This document shows, piece after piece, positions 49,395-57,021 of a DNA stretch of 64,000 nt. The stretch is taken from the IMG/VR virus record IMGVR_UViG_3300034072_000758, positions 372,001 to 436,000 of that record. One strand, given 5' to 3'. The first letter of the stretch is position 1. Every line of letters begins with the position of its first letter. Position numbers and translations under genes: made by a program. The notes below the pieces were generated by a model. It was not told where the DNA came from. It saw only the letters and a program-made list of their open reading frames with translations, and searched no databases.

Positions 49395-49772
49395 TCAGTC
49401 TGTTGCCATGTGAAGAATAAAACGGCCATCATCTGCCTTGTTTATAAACAAGGGTGTCAGGTGAGGGCCGAAACCCGTGTCCGCAGCTTCAATATCTTTG
49501 TACACCAACCCAGACATCTGGTGAAGAAGAACGATACGATAGGCTTTGTTACAACGCACAAACAAAGTTAGCTTTATCTGATCATCTTTATATGGTTGTG
49601 AGCCTACAGGAATAGCGATACATTTTGTCGAAGCCTCCATATGGCTTACATCCGATACTTGCGGATTAACATAAATCGATGGGGGTGTAATTATAGGTGT
49701 TGCTACCGGCGCACTACTTACCAGCAACATTGAACTCAATACTAAACTGATCATTGAAATACGGTCCTTCAT
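49395..49772 (-). CDS. Hypothetical secreted/membrane-anchored protein
   Basis: Signal-peptide-like N-terminus. Confidence 0.5.
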   Translation of the reverse strand: MKDRISMISLVLSSMLLVSSAPVATPIITPPSIYVNPQVSDVSHMEASTKCIAIPVGSQPYKDDQIKLTLFVRCNKAYRIVLLHQMSGLVYKDIEAADTGFGPHLTPLFINKADDGRFILHMATD

Positions 49773-49810
49773 GGTATCTTTATAGTATCATAATCTTTTC
49801 TCAAATACTA

Positions 49811-49838
49811 TTGACAAATGAATTTCTACTGGTAAATT
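49811..49838 (+). promoter_or_regulatory. Sigma70-type promoter
   Basis: TTGACA-16-TAAATT with upstream TG. Confidence 0.6.
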
Positions 49839-49859
49839 GATTGTAACAATGGAGGTTTT

Positions 49860-50543
49860 ATGCTTATCCCTGATCTGGCTGAACTCATGTCCCGAAAAGA
49901 AGACCTCCACCCGGAATTGGCGGAGTGTCTTACCGATGGCGCTCTAGGCCGAATGATCCACAATCGCTATATCATTGAGCCGATTTATCATGAGCAAATG
50001 AATGCTCTGACCAATGCCCGCTATGTCGCCAAGAAGCTCGCCGCCGAAGAGGCTTTGGCTCAGGGTAATGCCTCGCGGTTTGTATACCTCAACGAGCGCC
50101 CTTATCGCTTTGAAGCCTTTATGGAAGCCATAGCGGCCCGTGCTGTGGACGAAGAGGAAACCTTCAACACGCTCTTGTCGTCCGTCTGGATGGATAGCGA
50201 GAACATCCATGCGTATGTGGAAGAATGGAAAAGCGTGTGGAAGCTCTCGAATCCGGCATTGATAATGTCGGATGAAGACCGTGTTATCTTCGATTCGCTT
50301 CCAGCCACCATCACTATCTATCGTGGTCTTGACAACGTAACTGGTACTCTGGAAGGTATGTCGTGGACTGTCAGTAAGGAACGCGCTAAGTGGTTTGCCA
50401 AGCGCTTTTCGGCGGTCGAACCGGTGATCGCATCGGTTACTATCGCCAAAGATAAGATATATGCCTATCTGGGTGGTCGCAACGAGGAAGAAATCGTTGT
50501 AAACCCGGACGATCTCGAAGACATCATTGTGGAGGATTTATGA
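49860..50543 (+). CDS. Hypothetical protein
   Basis: GGAGG RBS; IYRG...SWT..RAKWFA..R.EEEI motif. Confidence 0.7.
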   Translation: MLIPDLAELMSRKEDLHPELAECLTDGALGRMIHNRYIIEPIYHEQMNALTNARYVAKKLAAEEALAQGNASRFVYLNERPYRFEAFMEAIAARAVDEEETFNTLLSSVWMDSENIHAYVEEWKSVWKLSNPALIMSDEDRVIFDSLPATITIYRGLDNVTGTLEGMSWTVSKERAKWFAKRFSAVEPVIASVTIAKDKIYAYLGGRNEEEIVVNPDDLEDIIVEDL

Positions 50544-50794
50544 TACGGAACCCGTTTAAGATCGATTATTCCCGCCGCAACTTTGATGGTGTCGTGAAGG
50601 CATATGAGACCAAAGGCCGTATGCTGTTCTACCCGGACGGTTCACGGTGTAACGGTAATTCGTTCGCCGCCGACTTCTGGCGTGGATACGATGGTATCAA
50701 TGCGAAACAATGGGATACTGAGTCCCGCAAGATGCTAGGCTACGTGTTCTTCCGTGCGGGGCAGCTTGTCCGTAAAAACGAGGTATCCGCATGA
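50540..50794 (+). CDS. Hypothetical protein
   Basis: ATGA overlap. Confidence 0.6.
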   Translation: MIRNPFKIDYSRRNFDGVVKAYETKGRMLFYPDGSRCNGNSFAADFWRGYDGINAKQWDTESRKMLGYVFFRAGQLVRKNEVSA

Positions 50795-51147
50795 GCCGGG
50801 GCCTCAAAGTTCAGGTTAAGTGTGAGCGGTGTAAACAACCGTTCATGGCGCGCATAGCAGACCGCAAGCGCGGCTGGGGTAAATTTTGCTCCAAGTCCTG
50901 TAAAGCCGTAGTTCAGGAGAAGCGTACTGGTCAATACGCACATTTTATGAATGGCGTTAACAGCCCAGAGAAGTCTAATCGCTGGACGGACGAAGACGGC
51001 AACCAGAAGGCCCGCCGCTGGCTTCGCAATGGTAAGTCCGTGGTGTCCACAACGGATCATATGACTGGTGAAGTCTCCATCGAACAGTTCAACCGACATG
51101 GCGAATCGGATGGCTTCTATCTGTCTCCGGGTGAGGATGACTTCTGA
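50791..51147 (+). CDS. Zinc-finger protein
   Basis: CERCKQPF...RG.GKFCSKSC. Confidence 0.65.
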   Translation: MSRGLKVQVKCERCKQPFMARIADRKRGWGKFCSKSCKAVVQEKRTGQYAHFMNGVNSPEKSNRWTDEDGNQKARRWLRNGKSVVSTTDHMTGEVSIEQFNRHGESDGFYLSPGEDDF

Positions 51148-51398
51148 TGAACATCAAAAGCATACGCCTTGTATACGAGTATGCGGGGGAGATCGCCGAA
51201 CGGTTGGGCGGCGGTGTCCGGTATGAGAAGCGTGGCAATCACCCAAAGATCGTGTTTGAATATAAAGACACGACCTATAAGCTACCTGTAACGACGCACC
51301 CGAAGCGCGGCGAGCAAAATCAAATGGATTGGGTACGTCAGCGCTTCACCCAACACGCCAAGCGCATTGATCAACGGGAACTAGAGATCGCCGAATAA
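51147..51398 (+). CDS. HicA-like small protein
   Basis: 83 aa, KRGNHPKIVF...LP.TTHP pattern. Confidence 0.4.
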   Translation: MNIKSIRLVYEYAGEIAERLGGGVRYEKRGNHPKIVFEYKDTTYKLPVTTHPKRGEQNQMDWVRQRFTQHAKRIDQRELEIAE

Positions 51399-51584
51399 GC
51401 TATAGCGTCTTCGGTGCTGGTAAGCGCTTGGCCATACTGACCGAAATCACGGTTGGATCATCGCTCAAGCGAGCGTAATCTTCCTCCGCCATGTCGATGG
51501 TATATGTCCCCGATAATCGATCTCACCGTTACATAATCGGGTGGGGAACTTCCGGCCTTCATTTTTCATATCGTCTCCTGATAA

Positions 51585-51613
51585 AAAGACCCACCCGATT
51601 ACTCAGGTGGGTC
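51585..51613. terminator. Bidirectional terminator
   Basis: AAAAGACCCACC-loop-GGTGGGTCTTT. Confidence 0.7.
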
Positions 51614-51770
51614 TTTGCTTTAACACAAGAGATAACCCACTCTTTTAGGGAGTTTTATCGTGGGGCGTTCCACGTTTTAGGAGACCGGCATGACTAAACC
51701 CATCACCGATATAAAAAGCATACACCACTCATTGAAGATTGCGCAATTTATTTTTACAGTTTCTTAACAT

Positions 51771-51928
51771 AAAAAAAAGAGCACCGGAACGAGGACCGAT
51801 GCTCTTTCTTTTTCCAACCCCAAATTAATGGGAACGGTGAGTTTCACTTGAACACCTCAAGAGTTGTTAACGCGGTGCGTTCCGCATCACAGACATTCGA
51901 GAAAGGAGTAAACAAAATGTCTGCGAAG
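51771..51928 (-). ncRNA. Candidate multi-hairpin sRNA with anti-SD loop
   Basis: TTTACT-16-TATTAT promoter (51960-51933); four hairpins; 12-bp terminator with T-run. Confidence 0.55.
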
Positions 51929-51989
51929 CCTTATAATATATGGGAAAATTTACTTAGTAAACTTTTTTTCAGAAAAATGAAAAAATAAT

Positions 51990-52018
51990 TTGACAAAGAT
52001 TCGTGGATTTTGATAAAT
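51990..52018 (+). promoter_or_regulatory. Promoter region of the main tRNA operon
   Basis: TTGACA at 51990 with ATAAATA at the -10 position. Confidence 0.55.
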
Positions 52019-52094
52019 AGAATTGTAACGGACGAAACCGCATGTTGCGATCTCGCCCACCATCACGAAATTCAAGAAGGAAAGACCCTTTCAA

Positions 52095-52235
52095 ATGTTT
52101 GCCGCCGTCGCCACCATGATCAATATTGCCAATCAAGTCGATACCGACTTTGATATGGCTATTGCCATGCCCGCCACGCAGCAGCCATTTAGCGTGGGGT
52201 CAATCCATCTGACAGGTGATGATACTGGAATTTAA
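52095..52235 (+). CDS. 46-aa tRNA-operon leader peptide
   Basis: GAAGGA RBS; MFAAVATMINIANQVDTDFDMAIAMPATQQPFSVGSIHLTGDDTGI. Confidence 0.7.
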   Translation: MFAAVATMINIANQVDTDFDMAIAMPATQQPFSVGSIHLTGDDTGI

Positions 52236-52304
52236 AACAGTTCACACCAATCAAAACAGATAAGGATCGACCCCCGAAGCGCAAAGTTTCGGGGGTTTTC
52301 TTTT
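52196..52304 (+). promoter_or_regulatory. Attenuator: antiterminator and intrinsic terminator
   Basis: Terminator ACCCCCGAAG-CGCAAAG-TTTCGGGGGT plus T-run (52270-52304); GGGGTCAATCC (52196-52206) pairs 10/11 with GGATCGACCCC (52264-52274). Confidence 0.7.
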
Positions 52305-52349
52305 GTCTAAACACTTTGTCCGAAGTTTGTATACAAATTTAGGACATAT

Positions 52350-52421
52350 GCCACGATAGCTGAGAAGGATTAGCGGCTGTCTGAAAAGCAGTAGAGAGAC
52401 GTTCGATACGTCTTCGTGGCA
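52350..52421 (+). tRNA. tRNA-Phe(GAA), atypical D-loop
   Basis: GCCACGA/TCGTGGC acceptor; loop CTGAAAA. Confidence 0.85.
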
Positions 52422-52422
52422 C

Positions 52423-52496
52423 AGTAGATTAGCTCAGTCTGGTAGAGCACACGCTTGATAAGCGTTAGGTCACTGGTTCAAATCCAGTATCTACTA
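52423..52496 (+). tRNA. tRNA-Ile(GAU)
   Basis: Cloverleaf; loop TTGATAA. Confidence 0.9.
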
Positions 52497-52497
52497 C

Positions 52498-52570
52498 GGT
52501 CGATTAGCTCAGTTGGTAGAGCACTGTCTTGATAAGGCATAGGTCGCTGGTTCGAATCCAGCATCGACTA
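52498..52570 (+). tRNA. tRNA-Ile(GAU), second copy
   Basis: Cloverleaf; loop TTGATAA. Confidence 0.92.
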
Positions 52571-52594
52571 CCTCCTTCGGGAGACTTTATTAAT

Positions 52595-52668
52595 GTAGCC
52601 GTAGCTCAGTCTGGTAGAGCATCTGGTTGAAACCCAGAGTGTCAGTGGTTCAAATCCACTCGGTTACA
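52595..52668 (+). tRNA. tRNA-Phe(GAA), second copy
   Basis: Cloverleaf; loop TTGAAAC. Confidence 0.9.
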
Positions 52669-52670
52669 CT

Positions 52671-52748
52671 TGCGGATTGGGGGAGCTTGGAGTCCCCGCT
52701 GGCCTCATAAGCCAGAGATCACCGGTTCAAGTCCGGTATCCGCTCCCA
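52671..52748 (+). tRNA. tRNA-Met(CAU), initiator-like
   Basis: 1:72 T-T mismatch; loop CTCATAA; encoded CCA; lacks the GGG/CCC anticodon-stem pairs. Confidence 0.75.
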
Positions 52749-52796
52749 ATACTTCCCTCCGGGGATGTAGTCTTTGACATTGTGAATAACGATTAT

Positions 52797-52870
52797 ACAA
52801 GCGTAGCTCAGTCCGGTAGAGCGACGGTCTCATACGCCGTTTGTCGCAGGTTCGAATCCTGCCGCTTGTA
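52797..52870 (+). tRNA. tRNA-Met or Ile2 (CAU)
   Basis: Cloverleaf; loop CTCATAC. Confidence 0.85.
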
Positions 52871-52871
52871 C

Positions 52872-52947
52872 TGAGGGTTGGTGTAGTAGGTAACATAGCT
52901 GACTTTGAATCAGAAGATGGCAGGTTCGAGACCTGCACCCTCAGCCA
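52872..52947 (+). tRNA. tRNA-Gln(UUG)
   Basis: T1-A72; loop CTTTGAA; encoded CCA. Confidence 0.92.
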
Positions 52948-52951
52948 ATAT

Positions 52952-53023
52952 TTCCGTGTAGCTCAATGGTAGAGCACCCGCCTGTTAAGCGGACGGTTGC
53001 TGGTTCGAGTCCAGCCACGGGAG
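52952..53023 (+). tRNA. tRNA-Asn(GUU)
   Basis: Cloverleaf; loop CTGTTAA. Confidence 0.92.
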
Positions 53024-53033
53024 CGGAGGGATT

Positions 53034-53154
53034 GTAGGTGGACCAGATGGCATGGGGAACCTTCATATGTGAATGTCGTATAAGTGAACCCGTATAGGGT
53101 GAATACGCTCCCCCTATGTTGGGAGAGATTGTGGTTCGAATCCACACGTTTACA
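53034..53154 (+). ncRNA. tRNA-like element with an expanded, non-canonical centre
   Basis: Perfect T-arm TGTGG-TTCGAAT-CCACA; weak acceptor stem; no canonical anticodon loop. Confidence 0.45.
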
Positions 53155-53155
53155 C

Positions 53156-53231
53156 CTGAGTGTGGGGGAGTCTGGCCGTCCCTGTCGGTTTTGGAAACCG
53201 AAGATCGTGAGTTCAAATCTCACCACTCAGA
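53156..53231 (+). tRNA. tRNA-Pro(UGG)
   Basis: Cloverleaf; loop TTTGGAA. Confidence 0.9.
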
Positions 53232-53276
53232 CAAGGCATTGTAGGTGGGCGTTCGCGCGGTGAAACCTTCGATTAT

Positions 53277-53353
53277 GGTGATGTATCTCAGTCTGGTAGA
53301 GAGGCGCGTTGTCAGCGCGACGGTCGCGGGTTCGAATCCCGTCTTCACCGCCA
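53277..53353 (+). tRNA. tRNA-Asp(GUC)
   Basis: Cloverleaf; loop TTGTCAG; encoded CCA. Confidence 0.9.
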
Positions 53354-53354
53354 A

Positions 53355-53426
53355 GGTCTCATAGTTCATCGGTTAGAACACCGCCCTGTCACGGCGGAGG
53401 GACGGGTTCGATTCCCGTTGAGATCG
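53355..53426 (+). tRNA. tRNA-Asp(GUC), second copy
   Basis: Cloverleaf; loop CTGTCAC. Confidence 0.92.
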
Positions 53427-53428
53427 CC

Positions 53429-53650
53429 CTACAGAATTGTAATCTCGTCAGCCTTCACAGTGAAAGCTAAATCCTTACCGGAGACTTCGAAATGGTATTC
53501 ACCATTTCCCAGATCGACAAGCATATCGCTCACCGTACCTTTTTTCACCCTGCGATTTTGACCGTATTGAGTAACGGTGATCGACTTGTTGAGCGATGCT
53601 TTGAGCTTTGGTTGGCGAGCATACGCCATGAGCTTTTCGGAGAGTTTCAT
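53429..53650 (-). CDS. Hypothetical protein
   Basis: Last gene of a five-gene antisense cassette. Confidence 0.55.
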   Translation of the reverse strand: MKLSEKLMAYARQPKLKASLNKSITVTQYGQNRRVKKGTVSDMLVDLGNGEYHFEVSGKDLAFTVKADEITIL

Positions 53651-53895
53651 GGTTTGTTCAGTGCCTCTAAAATGACTTTGATATTCTCGATCATCCGAGC
53701 TTTACCGGCGTCGTCGTGAGCCGCATAAATTTCATCCAAAGTTTTTTCTTTGGGTTTAATCGGATCGGGAACTGATGTGTCGCCAGCCAATCGTAAGCTA
53801 TTGCTCATGCTAACATATTCGCGGGCTTCTTCTAATGTGGAACAACCATGTCCCAATAAAGGTTGCCACCGATTGTCTGCGAAAAACTCGATCAT
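53647..53895 (-). CDS. Hypothetical protein
   Basis: Start moved to ATG 53895 (ATGA overlap with the upstream stop). Confidence 0.55.
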   Translation of the reverse strand: MIEFFADNRWQPLLGHGCSTLEEAREYVSMSNSLRLAGDTSVPDPIKPKEKTLDEIYAAHDDAGKARMIENIKVILEALNKP

Positions 53896-54227
53896 ACGGA
53901 TGTCAATCCGGCTTTGAGACACCATGCGTTCCATTGATCTTGGGCGTAGTTCATGGCGTCTTGTTCCGTGACACCCTTTTCGGAAAGACACTTCAAGCTA
54001 TGGTCCGGGTTCTTCCCACCAAACCACGCAGTCATTTTGACATGTGGTCCATGAACGCTCATGTTGACGCAGCGATCACCGTGGTATGTGCGCTCGATAG
54101 TACAGACCCTATACGATCCTGACCAACCTTCGATCTTAGAGACGCCAGCCCAACTAATAGTGGGTAAGCCGGGAGCGCTCCAATCGTCCGGTGTCTTCTT
54201 GGTCTTTGGTTTCCAAACTAAGGTCAT
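53892..54227 (-). CDS. Hypothetical protein
   Basis: ATGA-coupled; 111 aa. Confidence 0.6.
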   Translation of the reverse strand: MTLVWKPKTKKTPDDWSAPGLPTISWAGVSKIEGWSGSYRVCTIERTYHGDRCVNMSVHGPHVKMTAWFGGKNPDHSLKCLSEKGVTEQDAMNYAQDQWNAWCLKAGLTSV

Positions 54228-54775
54228 TTCGTCACCAGTTCTGCCAACGCGGCCTTGGCTTCCTCGACAGCCAGTTGCATTTGACCCATTTCTTCAAAGG
54301 TCATTTGGATCGGACCATTGGTAGCTAAGTGGACGTTGATGCCCTTTGTGGGGTTCTTCATTTGGTCGAACCGTTCTTCGTCATAATAGTTCGATTGGAA
54401 TTTAATGGCATCCTGTAATGTTTTATAATTACCCGGATACCGAGCCATAGATTCTTTTGCCTGATGAAGAATGTATTCATCGACGGTGGCGAATTGAGCA
54501 AGATCGGGATTAGTCCCGCGATAATATTTGTAATTGTAACCTGAACCCAGATTGACGATGATTACCACCTGACTTCCACGAGAGAAAGTCTTTCGGATTT
54601 CGACTTGAGGAAAGCCTAGCTTAATCCCGGTGATTTTGGCTTTCCAAGCCACTTTATCATCGTCGCTCATGTTGGATTGATAGCCGCCCGTAGGACCACC
54701 ATCGAAGCCATAGTCGTCGGCCCATTCTTGCTTGGTTTTGACTTTTTTGGGTTTATCCCACATTAGCAAGGGCAT
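54224..54775 (-). CDS. Hypothetical protein
   Basis: 183 aa; GAGG RBS. Confidence 0.65.
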   Translation of the reverse strand: MPLLMWDKPKKVKTKQEWADDYGFDGGPTGGYQSNMSDDDKVAWKAKITGIKLGFPQVEIRKTFSRGSQVVIIVNLGSGYNYKYYRGTNPDLAQFATVDEYILHQAKESMARYPGNYKTLQDAIKFQSNYYDEERFDQMKNPTKGINVHLATNGPIQMTFEEMGQMQLAVEEAKAALAELVTK

Positions 54776-54776
54776 A

Positions 54777-55079
54777 CTATTCCTCGATACGATGTTTGAT
54801 TACGGTATGGACTGTTCGGGTTTCTACGACAACATACTGTACGGGCGTTTTATTATATGTGCGCTGCCGCTCAATGAATGCCTTGGTACTTTCAAGCGTC
54901 GGAAAGCCATTGGCACGATCCCCGCGCCCCATGTTGATTTCTTGAAGATGTGGATAACCATTGTCGATCATCACCTCAAAATCGACGCTAGTGTATGTCT
55001 TCTCATTATTTTGAGGATCGCTCAAGATAATCTCCATGAAAATGTTGCGATAATATATCACGACATTTTCATTCGTCAA
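54777..55079 (-). CDS. Hypothetical protein
   Basis: 100 aa. Confidence 0.55.
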   Translation of the reverse strand: MTNENVVIYYRNIFMEIILSDPQNNEKTYTSVDFEVMIDNGYPHLQEINMGRGDRANGFPTLESTKAFIERQRTYNKTPVQYVVVETRTVHTVIKHRIEE

Positions 55080-55083
55080 TCAT

Positions 55084-55157
55084 CTGTGTGTAGCTCAGTT
55101 TGGTAGAGTGTTCGCCTCGGACGCGAAAGGCCGCAGGTTCAAATCCTGTCACACAGA
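55084..55157 (+). tRNA. tRNA-Pro(CGG)
   Basis: Cloverleaf; loop CTCGGAC. Confidence 0.92.
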
Positions 55158-55159
55158 CC

Positions 55160-55276
55160 TTAGAACGTGATCGACATCTTGTTCAAATAAATGAACAGAA
55201 CGATCAGTGATCCGATGGCACTCCAAATGAGGATGCCGAAGATAAGCTTAAAAGCTCGGTCGTAAGAAGATTTCAT
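55160..55276 (-). CDS. 38-aa single-TM membrane peptide
   Basis: GAGG RBS; MKSSYDRAFKLIFGILIWSAIGSLIVLFIYLNKMSITF; below the ORF-track cutoff. Confidence 0.55.
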   Translation of the reverse strand: MKSSYDRAFKLIFGILIWSAIGSLIVLFIYLNKMSITF

Positions 55277-55359
55277 TTTAGTTTCCTCAGTGTTTTCTAC
55301 GATGATCACTGTTTTTTACACAAATGTCAATAATATTTAGCGACATAATGTCGCAGTAT

Positions 55360-55431
55360 GCTCAGGTAGGTCAGTGGTAGACCGTCTCTTTCGTAATGAG
55401 AATGCCGGGGGTTCGATTCCCTCTCTGAGCA
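55360..55431 (+). tRNA. tRNA-Thr(CGU)
   Basis: Cloverleaf; loop TTCGTAA. Confidence 0.88.
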
Positions 55432-55475
55432 CGGACTTCATTAAGTGTCTATTGAAAAGAAAGGAGGACAACGAA

Positions 55476-55706
55476 ATGCAAGTACAAACCCACAAACAAG
55501 TAAAACTCCATCGCAACAACGAACGCGATACTCGTTGGATTCCTTCTGAGTTCGCTCATGAAGGGCGAACGGTAGACCTGAAAAATGGCGGCGAGTGGAG
55601 CCGTGGATGGATTGTTAAGGAAGTATTTGACCCCGCTGTGGAATCAAAGTATATTCAAGAACAGTCCCAGAACTACAAGAACCACCGTAAGGCAACTGAC
55701 GTGTGA
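55476..55706 (+). CDS. Hypothetical protein
   Basis: AAGGAGG RBS before ATG 55476. Confidence 0.65.
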   Translation: MQVQTHKQVKLHRNNERDTRWIPSEFAHEGRTVDLKNGGEWSRGWIVKEVFDPAVESKYIQEQSQNYKNHRKATDV

Positions 55707-55735
55707 TTCGTGAGGGACGCTCTGTCCCTCATTAT

Positions 55736-55806
55736 TGAGGGATGGTGTAACGGTAACACATCTGACTCTGACTCAGAAGTTCTAGGTTCGAATCCTAGTC
55801 CCTCAA
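55736..55806 (+). tRNA. tRNA-Gln(CUG)
   Basis: T1-A72; loop CTCTGAC. Confidence 0.92.
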
Positions 55807-55817
55807 CAAGGTATGTT

Positions 55818-56099
55818 ATGCGACTTATGACCTCCGATGAAATACAACCCTTGGAAAAGAAGTTCATGGGGTACATTTCGACTCCGGTGTTGGATATTGA
55901 TGGGATCGGTCAGTTATGCGTTAATAGAGTATATATTCCTACTGATAAACTTGGTATCGGCAAATGGTATGTCACAGATGTGGCGACACCCGATGCGCAT
56001 TTCGCCTTCATTCGTAACCCAGATCATTCGATCATGGAGGTAATTGTTTCCGGGGATACATCAGACGAGTATCTGATGAAGTTGGCCGTATGTCTTTAA
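55818..56099 (+). CDS. Hypothetical protein
   Basis: Start reassigned downstream of the tRNA. Confidence 0.5.
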   Translation: MRLMTSDEIQPLEKKFMGYISTPVLDIDGIGQLCVNRVYIPTDKLGIGKWYVTDVATPDAHFAFIRNPDHSIMEVIVSGDTSDEYLMKLAVCL

Positions 56100-56482
56100 T
56101 CGAAACATCTAGCCTGTCTGGGCTTGAGGCGATGGCTATAGATTATGGCTTGGATGGCTTTCACGAGTATGCCAACAAATTTTCTTTTTTTATGCGTCTC
56201 GAAGAAGTCGATTACGACAAGTTCATAACCGAAGAATTGGTTATGGAAGTTGATGGATATTCTTTTCGGTTTAAAACCAACCCAGAAGAAACAGACGCAG
56301 AAATGGCATATGGCTGGCTTAAGTGTATATACACCGATACTTTTGAAGTTTCTATCGTCGGCGACGTAGAGCAAAACGAAAGTAAGCAACTTGTCACGAG
56401 TAACAGTTTGTCGCAAGATGAACTTGAAGATATAGTGTTTCGGTTAGCGTTGTTGACCAGTGATTACGGTATGGTCGATTAG
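56090..56482 (+). CDS. Hypothetical protein
   Basis: 130 aa; stop lies inside tRNA-Val. Confidence 0.55.
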   Translation: MSLIETSSLSGLEAMAIDYGLDGFHEYANKFSFFMRLEEVDYDKFITEELVMEVDGYSFRFKTNPEETDAEMAYGWLKCIYTDTFEVSIVGDVEQNESKQLVTSNSLSQDELEDIVFRLALLTSDYGMVD

Positions 56483-56547
56483 CTCAGTGGTAGAGCGCTC
56501 CCTTGACATGGGAGAGGCCGTAGGTTCGAACCCTACATCGACCACCA
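56473..56547 (+). tRNA. tRNA-Val(GAC)
   Basis: Cloverleaf; loop TTGACAT; encoded CCA. Confidence 0.92.
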
Positions 56548-56644
56548 ATTTTATTTTGGTGACTAAGTAAATTTAAATTGTAAATGCTTTGATGGGTGTG
56601 GTTATATCAGAAAAACCACAAAACAAAACTATCGGAGCAAAGCA

Positions 56645-56770
56645 ATGTCTAAGCCAGATTTCTTACGTCACTGTAATTTCCTCACGCCCGCTCAGGTTCG
56701 TGGGGTAACAATTACTCAGCCAGTAGCCCAACCGGCTGAAAAACAAGATGCTGTGGATAAAAGTAAATAA
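56645..56770 (+). CDS. 41-aa small ORF
   Basis: GGAG RBS; MSKPDFLRHCNFLTPAQVRG... Confidence 0.4.
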   Translation: MSKPDFLRHCNFLTPAQVRGVTITQPVAQPAEKQDAVDKSK

Positions 56771-56811
56771 ATATTTACAGCATGGCCTTGAATGTTGTAT
56801 TCTAGGCTTAT

Positions 56812-56885
56812 CGGGGTTTAGCGCAGTCTGGTAGCGCGTCCGTTTTGGGTGCGGAAGGTCGAGAGTTCGAATCCCTCAATCCCGA
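56812..56885 (+). tRNA. tRNA-Pro(UGG), second copy
   Basis: Cloverleaf; loop TTTGGGT. Confidence 0.92.
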
Positions 56886-56919
56886 CATGTCCACGGTAAC
56901 CATTCCGTAATGCGAAAGG

Positions 56920-56948
56920 CCCTGCCACCGGAAGGTGGTGGGGTTTTT
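56920..56948 (+). terminator. Intrinsic terminator
   Basis: CCCTGCCACC-GGAA-GGTGGTGGGG plus T-run. Confidence 0.75.
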
Positions 56949-57021
56949 CATTTCCCAACAAAATAAATTGACTTGAAAATCTTCTTTGTGCGATGATCGT
57001 TCATCAGTATAAGAGAGTATC

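Noticed and set aside
51491-51697. 68-aa plus-strand ORF in the intergenic region
   Set aside because: Runs through a bidirectional terminator and has no protein-like features
51917-51988. 23-aa plus-strand ORF with an AAGGAG RBS
   Set aside because: RBS and ATG are the complement of the minus-strand sRNA hairpin and would be sequestered; no plus-strand promoter seen upstream. Not fully excluded
52677-53226. ORFs across the tRNA array (also 35807-36129 and 56808-57023)
   Set aside because: Translations of tRNA sequence
56645-56770. Third attenuator leader before tRNA-Pro(UGG)
   Set aside because: Four Pro codons are scattered rather than clustered, and no terminator/antiterminator pair is visible between the ORF and the tRNA
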